From an uncultured Eubacteriales bacterium (GTDB lineage: Bacteria; Bacillota; Clostridia; Lachnospirales; Anaerotignaceae), in NCBI GenBank assembly GCA_900546215.1, contig URCD01000001.1, forward strand, positions 15,540-79,539: 64,000 nt of DNA, in the 5' to 3' direction. A program made the translations under genes and the position numbers. This document shows, one piece after another, positions 18,441-28,246 of the stretch. The notes beneath the pieces were generated by a model that was not told the origin of the DNA, searched no databases, and worked only from the letters and a program-made list of their open reading frames with translations. Each line of letters begins with the position of its first letter. Positions within the stretch are counted from its first letter, which is position 1.

Positions 18441-20603
18441 TCATAATAAATGACTTGCCTCACCTTCACAAAACAGATTAAGCCTGTGAAGGGCTCTTGT
18501 GCATGCGATATACAAAAGCTTCCTGTCATCTTCCGTATAAAAATTAATGCTGTCGGCGCCGCAAACTAAAACCGCGTCAAACTCTAGTCCCTTAGACATA
18601 TATACAGGTATTATAAATATACCTTCAAGATCCAATGAGCAGCCGTTTTTAATTAACTTTATATCAATACATTCATTCAAGCTCTCAAACAGCGAAGACG
18701 CGGCTTTTTCTGTTTTGCATATCAGGCCGATTGATTTGTATCCGGCTTGCGTACATGTCCGGATTTCTGAGACAATCATATTTATAAACGAGGTATGGTC
18801 AAAACCGATGTGAATTTCCGGTTTTTCTCCATGCCGGCTGAAGCCAGAAAAATCTTCGGTTTTTCCTAAAAATTTCAAGCTGTAATTTAATATCTCTTTG
18901 GTACAGCGAAAGCTTTTATCCATTATTACAAGAGCTGGCCTTTTTTTATTCAATATTTTTTTAATTTGCTCATATAGCCCTAAATCCTCCCGCTTTTCAA
19001 GCGTTTGATTTATATCGCCTAATATCGTGAATTTTGCGTTTGGAAAAAGCAGATTAAATATTTCATAATGCAGAGGATAATAATCCTGAGCCTCGTCAAT
19101 TACGACCTGTTTTATATTTCTATATTTTTTTTCACCGTACAATTTTAGTGTTAAATATGCATTTGCAGCGGCGTCGTCATAATATAAAGCTGCTGAGCTT
19201 AGATTTTCACACGTATAATTAATAATATCTCCAATATTGTCCGGCATATCAAGATTTTCTGACAAACTCATAAAATAATTGTTATCGCTGAACAGGCATC
19301 TGTAAAGGCGTCTGACATCAAGCCTTATAAACCTCTGTATTTCAGACTTAATTTTCAATATCTTAAATTTATCGAATTGCTTAGAGCTGAGTTTTGCGCT
19401 CTCTAAAATAAAATCCGAAAGCTGTTCCAGCCTAAGCCCCAACGGAGTGGATTTCCTTCCGGATAAAATTTTGTTTTTAAGAGTATCTTTGCTGACAATA
19501 AGATTTCCGTTGTAATATATATCCTCAAAATCGATCCACCTGATTGGCAGGTCGTCAATAAAACGGTCTAATATTTCTGTAAAAAGAGGTGACATTTTAA
19601 ATTCCATGCTTTTTTTGATTATATCCCGGCTGTTGGAATTAGAGATTAGGTTTTCCAAAAATTTGTCTTTAGGCTGAATACGCTCCGTCTTTAAAATATT
19701 AGAAAGAATACCGTCAAACACTTCAGAAATCACATTTTCTTCTCCAAGCTCCGGCAGAACGTTGGAAATATAACGTTCAAACACAGGGCTGGGCGAAATA
19801 ATTATTATGTTGCTTGAGAGCAGATTATCCGACAGACCCTGATACATAAGATAGGCCGCCCTGTGAAGGGCAACGGACGTTTTTCCGCTTCCGGCTGAAC
19901 CCTGAACCATAATTAAGTCACTGTCTAAATTCCTGATAACAATATCCTGTTCCTTCTGTATCGTCTCAACAATGGATTTCATTTTGGCGGAAGTATTTTG
20001 AGACAGCAGTTTCCTGAGAAATTCGTCCGCAATTTGAATGTCAGAGTCAAAAAAATATTCCAATAGTCCATTATTTATCTCGTACTGACGCTTCAGTGTT
20101 ATCTCGCCGTATATCCTACCAATTGGGGCGTCATAGTATGCCGGACCGGATGCAAAACGGTAAAATACACCTGCTATAGGAGATCTCCAGTCATAGACGC
20201 ACATATCTGCCGAATCATCCTTTGACAGGGAAAAACGTCCTATATAGATTTTTTCTGGCGTTTCCTCATCCTCGAATTTAAAATTAATTCGGGCAAAGTA
20301 GGGAGACTTAATTAAGTTTTCAAGTATAAGTATTTTATTTTCAACTGTATCGTATTCAGCTATCTTATCACTAAGAGGATTGACGTACTGGCTTAACTCG
20401 GCAAGGGCCTCAAAGCCCTCGCTTCCCCAAAGACCTGATATATAGTGGGAAGTGTTTTCACGCAGTTCCTTTTTGACATTGGCAATGGCTGCCCGGTTTT
20501 CGTTATTGCGCTGTCTTGCCTGATTAAGCTTGTTTTTAGCTAAAGCTATGGTTTTAAAGAGCCGTTGAGTTTCATAATCAAGTTCGGACTGTAGATCTCC
20601 CAT
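18441..20603 (-). CDS. helD: HelD-like UvrD-family DNA helicase (helicase IV)
   Basis: 720 aa. Walker A 'GSAGSGKTSVALHRAAYL', Walker B 'VIDEAQDY', an N-terminal coiled-coil region, and a C-terminal UvrD_C region. Confidence 0.7.
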   Translation of the reverse strand: MGDLQSELDYETQRLFKTIALAKNKLNQARQRNNENRAAIANVKKELRENTSHYISGLWGSEGFEALAELSQYVNPLSDKIAEYDTVENKILILENLIKSPYFARINFKFEDEETPEKIYIGRFSLSKDDSADMCVYDWRSPIAGVFYRFASGPAYYDAPIGRIYGEITLKRQYEINNGLLEYFFDSDIQIADEFLRKLLSQNTSAKMKSIVETIQKEQDIVIRNLDSDLIMVQGSAGSGKTSVALHRAAYLMYQGLSDNLLSSNIIIISPSPVFERYISNVLPELGEENVISEVFDGILSNILKTERIQPKDKFLENLISNSNSRDIIKKSMEFKMSPLFTEILDRFIDDLPIRWIDFEDIYYNGNLIVSKDTLKNKILSGRKSTPLGLRLEQLSDFILESAKLSSKQFDKFKILKIKSEIQRFIRLDVRRLYRCLFSDNNYFMSLSENLDMPDNIGDIINYTCENLSSAALYYDDAAANAYLTLKLYGEKKYRNIKQVVIDEAQDYYPLHYEIFNLLFPNAKFTILGDINQTLEKREDLGLYEQIKKILNKKRPALVIMDKSFRCTKEILNYSLKFLGKTEDFSGFSRHGEKPEIHIGFDHTSFINMIVSEIRTCTQAGYKSIGLICKTEKAASSLFESLNECIDIKLIKNGCSLDLEGIFIIPVYMSKGLEFDAVLVCGADSINFYTEDDRKLLYIACTRALHRLNLFCEGEASHLL

Positions 20604-20711
20604 TATTAAAGCCTCCTTACTTTTAAAAACGTGGTTTTAAACTGTTATAAAAGTCTAGCACGGCTGATGATGCAAAAACAGTCTTGTTGTTGCTTTTTTC
20701 TCATGGTACAA

Positions 20712-20752
20712 TAAAAATGGAAGGGCAGATTTATTGCCCTTCCATTTTTATA
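20712..20752. terminator. Terminator downstream of the ABC-2 permease operon (minus strand)
   Basis: atggaagggca-gatttat-tgcccttccat with A/T runs on both sides. Confidence 0.6.
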
Positions 20753-21944
20753 TTTCCTTTTTCTTTTCCTTTTTGCAGGCTGCCATGCACAGGACTGCGC
20801 CCAGTATTAGTGCAGAGCACGGCACTATGGCCTCAATTCCGGGTATGCCGCTTATTTTATAAAGCGGACTGGAGTAATAAAAGGCATTCACCAGAAGCTT
20901 CATCGCAATTATAGCGCTGATTATTATAAGAGGTATAAGCTTCAGCAGCATAGCAACCAGGTTTTGGCTGTATCTTGATAAAAAGAAGGCGGCTGAAGCG
21001 GCAGAAACGCCCGCCGCATAGGACAGCAGAACCATAACGGCAAGCCAGCCTCGTAATGTCCAGTTGAACCACGGCAGGCTTCCCTGCATGAACGAGAGCA
21101 TACGGCAGTCAAAAAATACGGATGGGATTTTTAACAGAAATACTGTGCCGAACAATAAAATATTAATTGTGGTAAGCGCAATGGCTGAAAGTACGGATGC
21201 CTTAAACTGCGTATTAAGTATTTTTCTTCCATGGCGTGAGCTCCATTGCAGCTGTCTCATTTTTCTCATTTTATCCCTGACTGTAAGAGGTGAAATAAGC
21301 AGGCACACTGACACAATGATCCAAACGAGCAGATTTGAAAAGTACCGAGAGGCTGTATCGGTAATCTCATTAGGAAGCATATTTTGCCATAAAACTCCGT
21401 CTGAAAGAAGTTTATTTGCATTGGACAGCTCTTTTTTGTCATATTCTGCTGCCTGCAAGGCTGAAAGCCAGCTGTCGTACATTTGGGTATACGTATCCAA
21501 CGCGTATATACGGCCGTCTATATTTTTGGTTTCCTCACTTTGAAGATAATTCAGCATAATGTTGGCGTCTGAATACAGCTTCTGCTCATCGGCGCCGATC
21601 TGGCCTGACACGCTGTAGACCGCTTTGTTATAGAATTCCTTGAACTCATCATAGCTATTTACCCCATGTTCTTTAAACAGGCTGTTGGAGGCCGTATATC
21701 TGTCCGCCTCCGCGATAAGCTTCGGATAAGCGGCCTTAGCCTTAGCAGCTTCGTCGGGGGAGAGGGATGTGCCGTATTCTTCTGCCCATTGTTCAGCCGT
21801 TCGCATCAGTCCGTCCATTTGAGGGCCGTTTGGAAAATACTGAACATAAAAGTTTAAAAACATCGCATAAAAGACAGCGCCAGTTAAAATAAGCACAGCT
21901 ATAATTCCCGGCCGCCAGATTTTTTTAATTTCTTCTTTTATCAT
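20748..21944 (-). CDS. ABC-2 type transporter permease / polytopic membrane protein
   Basis: Multi-TM protein. Start placed at Met 21944 (RBS gaaaggatg; TAATG overlap with the upstream stop). The longer ORF to 22040 would overlap the upstream gene. Confidence 0.6.
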   Translation of the reverse strand: MIKEEIKKIWRPGIIAVLILTGAVFYAMFLNFYVQYFPNGPQMDGLMRTAEQWAEEYGTSLSPDEAAKAKAAYPKLIAEADRYTASNSLFKEHGVNSYDEFKEFYNKAVYSVSGQIGADEQKLYSDANIMLNYLQSEETKNIDGRIYALDTYTQMYDSWLSALQAAEYDKKELSNANKLLSDGVLWQNMLPNEITDTASRYFSNLLVWIIVSVCLLISPLTVRDKMRKMRQLQWSSRHGRKILNTQFKASVLSAIALTTINILLFGTVFLLKIPSVFFDCRMLSFMQGSLPWFNWTLRGWLAVMVLLSYAAGVSAASAAFFLSRYSQNLVAMLLKLIPLIIISAIIAMKLLVNAFYYSSPLYKISGIPGIEAIVPCSALILGAVLCMAACKKEKKKEI

Positions 21945-23089
21945 TATATAACATCCTTTCTGCCAAAACGCCGTAAGCTTGTTTTCAGCAAAAACGCTCC
22001 TGTAATAAGGCATACCGCTGCAGAGCAGCATTCCTGCCACGGTACCATTGCTCCGGCGCCCATATCAGTGAACCATAGGGGCTCAAACCACCACAGCGGA
22101 ATGTATGTCCAGTGCATGAGCTGGTAAATAAGCCAAAGCTTGCTGTCTCCGGAGAATATAAAAATACCAAAGTTCAATACAGCGGCTGAAAACAGAAGCA
22201 GAAAACCCTTATAGGTATCTGAGCATAAAATTCCGGCTGAAAATGCTATGATATAGGCAATTATAACGGTTACAGCCCCAAGACCGGCTGAAGCAATCGT
22301 ATATTCAAGCAGTGTAAACGGCTTCCAGGTAATAAACGGGATGCTGTATCCTACAGAATATATTTTGTTAAACTGGCTTGAGACGTTTGAGTTCCATATT
22401 CCTCCCATAGAGTTCATCGCCGAAAAGGCAAGTACTGCCGCGGCAATAAGAAGCGTGTAAACTGAAACTGTCCATATTCCTCCGGTAATTGCTTTAAGCC
22501 GCTGTATTTTACGGCCCGTTTTAGTCGAGTATATGCAGTATGCGGTTCCCTTCTGCTTTTCACAGCCGGAAAGGTAAAGCGCCATAAGCGCCGCAATTAT
22601 GATTCCTTCTGTAACAGCGGCCCTGATTACAGTTCGGAAAAGTCTTTCATGTAGCAATTCCGTCTCCTCTGCGGCATATACGCTCAGTGAAGCTTCCGTT
22701 TTAGCTAGGGCATTAACGCTGTACTGAAGCTTTTTATATTTACTGTCAATTATATCGGCGGCAGTTCCGCCTATTTTGTACAGGCCTATATAATGATTTC
22801 CTATTTCAGAGGCGTCAAAGCCCTCGAAAATGTCCTCAGCGCCGGCTGTATTGGAAATCAGCCTGTCTTTGTATTCATTATCGGGAAGTCTGCAGAGCTT
22901 TTCTGTGAAATCATCTCCCATAACACCTTCCGTATACTCATATACGCTTCCTATGTAGGCTATATATTTCCTGCTCTCTCCGGGAAGGCACAGCAGAGTA
23001 TTAATAATCAGGCACAGCACTGTGAATATTGCAAACATCGGTACTGACCACAGCTTTTTGGTCTCGTGTACTAAAAGCTCTTTTTTCAT
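21944..23089 (-). CDS. ABC-2 type transporter permease / polytopic membrane protein
   Basis: 381 aa, multi-TM. ATGA overlap with the ATPase gene. Confidence 0.6.
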   Translation of the reverse strand: MKKELLVHETKKLWSVPMFAIFTVLCLIINTLLCLPGESRKYIAYIGSVYEYTEGVMGDDFTEKLCRLPDNEYKDRLISNTAGAEDIFEGFDASEIGNHYIGLYKIGGTAADIIDSKYKKLQYSVNALAKTEASLSVYAAEETELLHERLFRTVIRAAVTEGIIIAALMALYLSGCEKQKGTAYCIYSTKTGRKIQRLKAITGGIWTVSVYTLLIAAAVLAFSAMNSMGGIWNSNVSSQFNKIYSVGYSIPFITWKPFTLLEYTIASAGLGAVTVIIAYIIAFSAGILCSDTYKGFLLLFSAAVLNFGIFIFSGDSKLWLIYQLMHWTYIPLWWFEPLWFTDMGAGAMVPWQECCSAAVCLITGAFLLKTSLRRFGRKDVI

Positions 23090-23937
23090 AATTCCTCATC
23101 CCTGTATACATAAAGGAAAACGTCCTCAAGACTTGGTATTGCCGGGCGACCGTTTGCCGGTGGCTCATCAGATACTATCCGAAGCATAGTCCCGCCTTCT
23201 CCCTGTATTTCGCTTAACATCAGCTGACCTGGCCTTATTCCCTGCGTCGACGGAACCTCAAATATCTTTCCGCTGAGTAAGGAGCATATGTTTAACGGGC
23301 TGTCGCAGCAGTAAAGCCTGTGGTCCTTAAGCATAATTATTTGCCCGGCTATAGTTTCAATGTCAGATACTATATGTGTAGAAAGTATAACTATCCTGTT
23401 GTCCGCAAGGGAGTGTATCAGGTTTCTGAAGCGTACTCGCTCCTTTGGGTCAAGACCGGCTGTAGGTTCGTCAAGGATTAGTATTTTCGGGTCGTTAAGC
23501 ATTGCCTGAGCTATGCCTACACGCTGTATCATTCCGCCGGAGAAACGCCCCATCTTTTTGTTTTTAAAACCGCTAAGGGAGACAAGCTCCAAAAGCATGT
23601 CTATCCGCTTGGCGGCCTCTTTCCTATTTAGTCCCTGAAGGGCGGCCATATATTTCAAGAACTGAACAGGAGTGTAGTTCTGATAATATCCAAACTCCTG
23701 AGGAAGGTATCCCAATAAGCCGCGGTATTTTTCGTCCAAGTTGATAATATCCTCGCCTTTCCACAAAATTGAGCCCTCTGTTGGGAAAATCAGTGTTGTA
23801 AGCATTTTTATAAGAGTGGTTTTTCCTGCCCCGTTAGGTGCAAGCAGGCCGTAAACGCCGTTTTTAAAGGACAGGCTGATATCCTCAAGGGCGGTAAAGG
23901 TTCCAAAGCGTTTTGTAACATGATTAACTGAAAGCAT
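23086..23937 (-). CDS. ABC transporter ATP-binding protein
   Basis: Walker A 'GPNGAGKTT', signature 'FSGGMIQR', Walker B 'LILDEPT'. Start 23937 (AAGGAGG 6 nt upstream) is preferred over 23979. Confidence 0.8.
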   Translation of the reverse strand: MLSVNHVTKRFGTFTALEDISLSFKNGVYGLLAPNGAGKTTLIKMLTTLIFPTEGSILWKGEDIINLDEKYRGLLGYLPQEFGYYQNYTPVQFLKYMAALQGLNRKEAAKRIDMLLELVSLSGFKNKKMGRFSGGMIQRVGIAQAMLNDPKILILDEPTAGLDPKERVRFRNLIHSLADNRIVILSTHIVSDIETIAGQIIMLKDHRLYCCDSPLNICSLLSGKIFEVPSTQGIRPGQLMLSEIQGEGGTMLRIVSDEPPANGRPAIPSLEDVFLYVYRDEEL

Positions 23938-24661
23938 TGACTGCCTCCTTTCTGTCAAATAAATAATGACGTACTTCAATAAGATATATGGACAGTGCCA
24001 GTACAGAGGTTAAATAAAACAAAAATACAGGGACTTTAAGAAGCAGTTCTCCAAATTTTTCACCTGAATTAAGCATTATTACTGATACTGTTGTCCAGAT
24101 GGCATACACACCCAATATATACCTTTTCTTTCCGGATATAAATGCCGCAAGAAGAACAGCGGCGAATATAAACAGTGATGAAAATGATACTCCCATAAGA
24201 CGGGGAAACGATACCGACTCTCCGCTCAGGACATAGAAAAGTGAAGTGACAGGCACACATACTATAATTGATATGCCCCCAAATAGAAGCATCCGCAGGG
24301 CTGTAAGCTGACGCAGAGTGTATCTGCAGGTCATCTTAAGCTCGTAAGTACCGCTCATTCGCTCTTTCCACTGTGTTAAAAAGTGGAGAAGCCCGTAAAG
24401 CGCGGGAGAAAATACGAATACAGCGGGGCACAGTGAGCCTTCTCCTCCTGAAGCCGAATAGGCAAACGGAATTATAAACAGCGCGAAGGCCAGAAAGGCC
24501 AGAAAAAGGCAGTCGCCAACCCCAAAAAACAGCGTTTGCATATCAACAGACTTAAAAAGCTTTGGAATACTGCTCCTTAGGGTCTTCGGCCTTGGCATTC
24601 CCTGGCTGATTATAAAATCAATGGATTTATTTTTTTCTTCTTCACTAATAATCATTGCCAA
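23924..24661 (-). CDS. Polytopic membrane protein immediately downstream of an ECF sigma (putative anti-sigma factor)
   Basis: 245 aa with about 6 TM segments. Start overlaps the sigma-gene stop. RBS gaaaggag. Confidence 0.5.
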   Translation of the reverse strand: MAMIISEEEKNKSIDFIISQGMPRPKTLRSSIPKLFKSVDMQTLFFGVGDCLFLAFLAFALFIIPFAYSASGGEGSLCPAVFVFSPALYGLLHFLTQWKERMSGTYELKMTCRYTLRQLTALRMLLFGGISIIVCVPVTSLFYVLSGESVSFPRLMGVSFSSLFIFAAVLLAAFISGKKRYILGVYAIWTTVSVIMLNSGEKFGELLLKVPVFLFYLTSVLALSIYLIEVRHYLFDRKEAVNAFS

Positions 24662-25181
24662 ACTCCTTTCTGAGCCGCGATGTTAAACGGTAGTATACAG
24701 CCTTTATTTTTGCTTCGGGCTGACCCGTCAAAGAGGCTATTTCTGGAAACGTTTTTTCACCATAGACGCGCAGACGGAATATTTCCTGAACTGCAGGGTC
24801 AAGGGCTGAAACGTATTTTTCCACAATTTCCAACAGCTCCTGATTTTCAATATTGGTAATAAAGCTGTCCTCGGTACTTATGTCATTATCCTCAATTGGA
24901 ACTGTGACGGGAACGAAACGCCGTCTTAAATCAATGACCTTATTGGTTGCTATACGGTACAGCCATGTACGGAAAGAGGCTTTTTTGCTGTCAAAGGAGG
25001 GCAGGGAGCCCAGTGCCGCTATAAAAATATTTTGGGTAAGGTCAAGGGCTTCATCTTTATTAGAGCATTGCCGGAAAGTATATATATAAATTTCGTCGTA
25101 ATACGTCCGAATAAGCTCGTCAGCGGCGGTCTTTGAACCGCGTCGGAGAATATCCCGTATAAGCTTTGTATCCCTGTCCAT
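24645..25181 (-). CDS. ECF-subfamily RNA polymerase sigma-70 factor
   Basis: 178 aa. Region-2 'DLTQNIFIAAL' and a region-4 HTH. Typical ECF size. Confidence 0.75.
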   Translation of the reverse strand: MDRDTKLIRDILRRGSKTAADELIRTYYDEIYIYTFRQCSNKDEALDLTQNIFIAALGSLPSFDSKKASFRTWLYRIATNKVIDLRRRFVPVTVPIEDNDISTEDSFITNIENQELLEIVEKYVSALDPAVQEIFRLRVYGEKTFPEIASLTGQPEAKIKAVYYRLTSRLRKEFGNDY

Positions 25182-25347
25182 CTTTCACACTCCTTCCCGT
25201 ACATTTATATATTCGGATAAAGCATAGCTGCCGTTGCACTTATTATAGCAAATAGTTTAAAAAAATATATTTATAGACGGAATATTGCATTAGTGCTACA
25301 ATTGTTTTAAAGATGAGATCGGAATTTATTTTGTCAGGAGGCGAGAA

Positions 25348-27015
25348 ATGAAATCAATACAGACTAAATTTATAGCGCTTATATTAAGCTGTGTAGTTTT
25401 ATGCGCCGCCGTTATCGGGGGTGCGGGCGTAATAAACTCCAAAAAAGTTGTTGATACAGATTCATCTAAAATTATGAATCTGACATGCAGTGAAAAAGCC
25501 CAGGAGCTGAACGGACAGCTTACGCGCATACAGCAGTCTGTGGAAACCTTGGCTTATTATACTACAGAGCAGCTTGAAAGCGTGGAACGCCTCATGACGG
25601 ATAAGGAGTATATGGCTGAATATACGAAAAAGCTTGAGGATGTGGCTGTAAATGCGGCGAATAATACTGAGGGGGCTGTAGCTGTCTATGTACGGTTTAA
25701 TCCTGAATACTGGGAGCCTACGTCGGGCTTGTTTTGGAGCAAAACGGAATTAAGCGGAATATTCCAGCAGCTGACGCCGACGGACTTTTCCAATTATAAT
25801 CCTGACGATGTGGAGCATGTCGGCTGGTACTATATTCCGGTCAAAAACGGAAAAGCAACTTGGCTTTCTCCATACATGAACCAGAATATAAACATAAATA
25901 TGATTTCCTATGTTATTCCCATATACAGAAACAACATTATAGTTGGCGTTGTTGGAATGGACATTGATTTTGACGTAATTACAAGCACTGTGGCTGATAT
26001 GAAAATCTATGACACCGGATATGCATTTTTAACTGACAGCCAAGCCGATATAATGTACCATAAAGACCTTACAATAGGTGTTAATATGGAAAATGCCGAC
26101 GCAAGCCTTGGACCTGTAGCGCATGAACTGGAGAATGGGACCAGCGGAAGCTCACTGTTCTCATATCAGTGGCAGGGAGTACAGAAAGAGCTGGCTTTCA
26201 GAAGCCTTGTTAATGGCATGAGATTAGCTCTCACCGCACCGAAGTCAGAAATTGACGCTGCTAAAAACAGCCTGATTTTTCAAATAAGCATTGCCGGGCT
26301 TTGTATTTGCATAGTGTCTGTTCTGCTTACGGTCTCGCTTACCAGAAAAATAATTAAACCGCTGAGAGAGCTGAATGACGCTGCTAAAAAAATAGCTGAG
26401 GGGGATTTGAGCATAGCTTTAACCAAGCAGACAAAGGATGAAGTTGGAATGCTGGCTGAAAGCTTCCAGCTTACTGTAAACCATTTGCAGAAGTATGTTA
26501 ACTATATAAATGGCCTTGCCTACCGGGATTCCATGACGGGAGTTAAAAATAAAACTGCTTATGACGAAATGGCTAAAAAAATAGAGGAAAAGATGCGTAC
26601 AGAGCAGCCTGAATTTGCGGTCATAGTATTTGACATAAACGGGCTTAAACAGGTAAATGATAATTTTGGCCATGATTTTGGGGATATTCTCATAATTGAC
26701 TGCAGTAAACTGATATGTAAAAGCTTTAAACGAAGTCCGGTATACCGTATAGGCGGAGACGAATTTGTAGTTATATTGGAAAACGATGATTTGGAACATT
26801 ATCAGGAACGTCTTGAGGATTTCCAAAGAGAGATAGAAGAGGCTAACCGCACCTCAAATGTTGGCTTTAAAATTTCAATAGCCAGGGGCATTGCTATTTA
26901 CAACAGCGGAACGGATTTAGTTTTTGCCAATGTATTTAAAAGGGCCGACGAAGCTATGTACCAAAATAAACAGATAATGAAACAGATTGAATTAAAGCAA
27001 AACACACCTAAATAA
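25348..27015 (+). CDS. Membrane-anchored Cache-HAMP-GGDEF diguanylate cyclase
   Basis: N-terminal TM plus periplasmic sensor, a second TM, a HAMP-like segment, then a GGDEF domain with an intact 'RIGGDEF' active site. RBS caggagg. Confidence 0.8.
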   Translation: MKSIQTKFIALILSCVVLCAAVIGGAGVINSKKVVDTDSSKIMNLTCSEKAQELNGQLTRIQQSVETLAYYTTEQLESVERLMTDKEYMAEYTKKLEDVAVNAANNTEGAVAVYVRFNPEYWEPTSGLFWSKTELSGIFQQLTPTDFSNYNPDDVEHVGWYYIPVKNGKATWLSPYMNQNININMISYVIPIYRNNIIVGVVGMDIDFDVITSTVADMKIYDTGYAFLTDSQADIMYHKDLTIGVNMENADASLGPVAHELENGTSGSSLFSYQWQGVQKELAFRSLVNGMRLALTAPKSEIDAAKNSLIFQISIAGLCICIVSVLLTVSLTRKIIKPLRELNDAAKKIAEGDLSIALTKQTKDEVGMLAESFQLTVNHLQKYVNYINGLAYRDSMTGVKNKTAYDEMAKKIEEKMRTEQPEFAVIVFDINGLKQVNDNFGHDFGDILIIDCSKLICKSFKRSPVYRIGGDEFVVILENDDLEHYQERLEDFQREIEEANRTSNVGFKISIARGIAIYNSGTDLVFANVFKRADEAMYQNKQIMKQIELKQNTPK

Positions 27016-27017
27016 TT

Positions 27018-27055
27018 AAAAGCCTCTGAAAATATTTTCAGAGGCTTTTTTGTTA
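27018..27055. terminator. Bidirectional terminator (cyclase / queG convergent)
   Basis: Perfect palindrome aagcctctgaaaat-a-ttttcagaggctt, followed by ttttttg. Confidence 0.7.
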
Positions 27056-28204
27056 TCTGTTTTTTTCCAACGCCAATTTTATTTCAGCTCTAACGGCGCT
27101 GTCATTTTCAGTTTTGTTAAGCTCATTAAGATAATTAATGGCTTCTATTCCGCCTATTTTACCCAGAGCCCAGACTGCATATTCCCTTATGAGAGGGTCG
27201 CTGTCCTGGGCGGCGGTTATCAGGTCGGGGACGTACTTTTCATCCCGGCTGTTTCCTATAGCTATGGCTGCGTTTCGTCTGAAATAGCGGATGCCCCTTA
27301 TATAGTTATACATAATTGGCCATACTACTTCCTCATAGTATTCATCGTCCATGTTAAGCACCTTTGCAAGGTCAAATTTTTCAGCAGTAAGCTCGAGAAA
27401 ATTATCCTTTACACATGCCTTTGATAAAACGGCCTTGTTTCTTGGACATACCTCCTGACAGACGTCGCAGCCATGTATACGCAAGCCCATTTTATCTCTT
27501 ATATCATGAGGTATATGAGTAACGGGCGAGCCGTCTTTGTTTGGCGGAAGCCAGTTTTCCTGCGTAAACCAGTTGTTAAACGCGAGACATTTTCTTGGAT
27601 TGAGTACGCCGGGGGCCTCTATTGCCCCTGTGGGACAGCGGTCTATACATATATGGCAGTCCTGTGGACATTGGCGTTTAATTGTAGGCTCATCATAATC
27701 AAGCTCTCGATCTACAACAACCGATGTAAGTATAACGAATGAGCCAGTTCCTTTAACGTACGCAAAATTATTTTTCCCATAGGTAGCAATACCTGCTCTT
27801 GCCGCGGCCAATCTGTCTGGAACGGTAGTTCCTTTACAGACATTTATTCCATTATCCTTTAAAAATTCCTTAAACAGGCCAATGCGCGCTCCGTTCATGG
27901 TTTTTTCTCTTGGATTATAGCACCTTGCCTGATAAGCCCTGCCTACCTTGCCGATAAGCTTTTCCGGGAATGCAATGTGGGAGAAGCCGTAAGCAAGGGA
28001 GATAATGGATTTAGCTTCAGGATTTGTCTTCTTTGGAGCCGCGCCTGTTAATGGGCTTCTTGCGTTGGAAATATAAAAATCATATGTATCGGTACGGCTG
28101 CCCAATTCATCTATGTATTCCGTAAACTCGTCTGCGGAACATACTCCAACGTCGATGTAGCCTAATTCAAGTGCCTTTGACTTAATTTTTTCGGTTAAGG
28201 TCAT
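27053..28204 (-). CDS. queG: tRNA epoxyqueuosine reductase QueG
   Basis: 383 aa. Two 4Fe-4S ferredoxin motifs (CPQDCHICIDRCP, CDVCQEVCP) plus C-terminal HEAT repeats 'DPLIREYAVWALGKIGG'. Confidence 0.8.
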   Translation of the reverse strand: MTLTEKIKSKALELGYIDVGVCSADEFTEYIDELGSRTDTYDFYISNARSPLTGAAPKKTNPEAKSIISLAYGFSHIAFPEKLIGKVGRAYQARCYNPREKTMNGARIGLFKEFLKDNGINVCKGTTVPDRLAAARAGIATYGKNNFAYVKGTGSFVILTSVVVDRELDYDEPTIKRQCPQDCHICIDRCPTGAIEAPGVLNPRKCLAFNNWFTQENWLPPNKDGSPVTHIPHDIRDKMGLRIHGCDVCQEVCPRNKAVLSKACVKDNFLELTAEKFDLAKVLNMDDEYYEEVVWPIMYNYIRGIRYFRRNAAIAIGNSRDEKYVPDLITAAQDSDPLIREYAVWALGKIGGIEAINYLNELNKTENDSAVRAEIKLALEKNR

Positions 28205-28246
28205 AATAACTCTCCTTTTGTGTATTTACACTATTAGTTTAAAATT

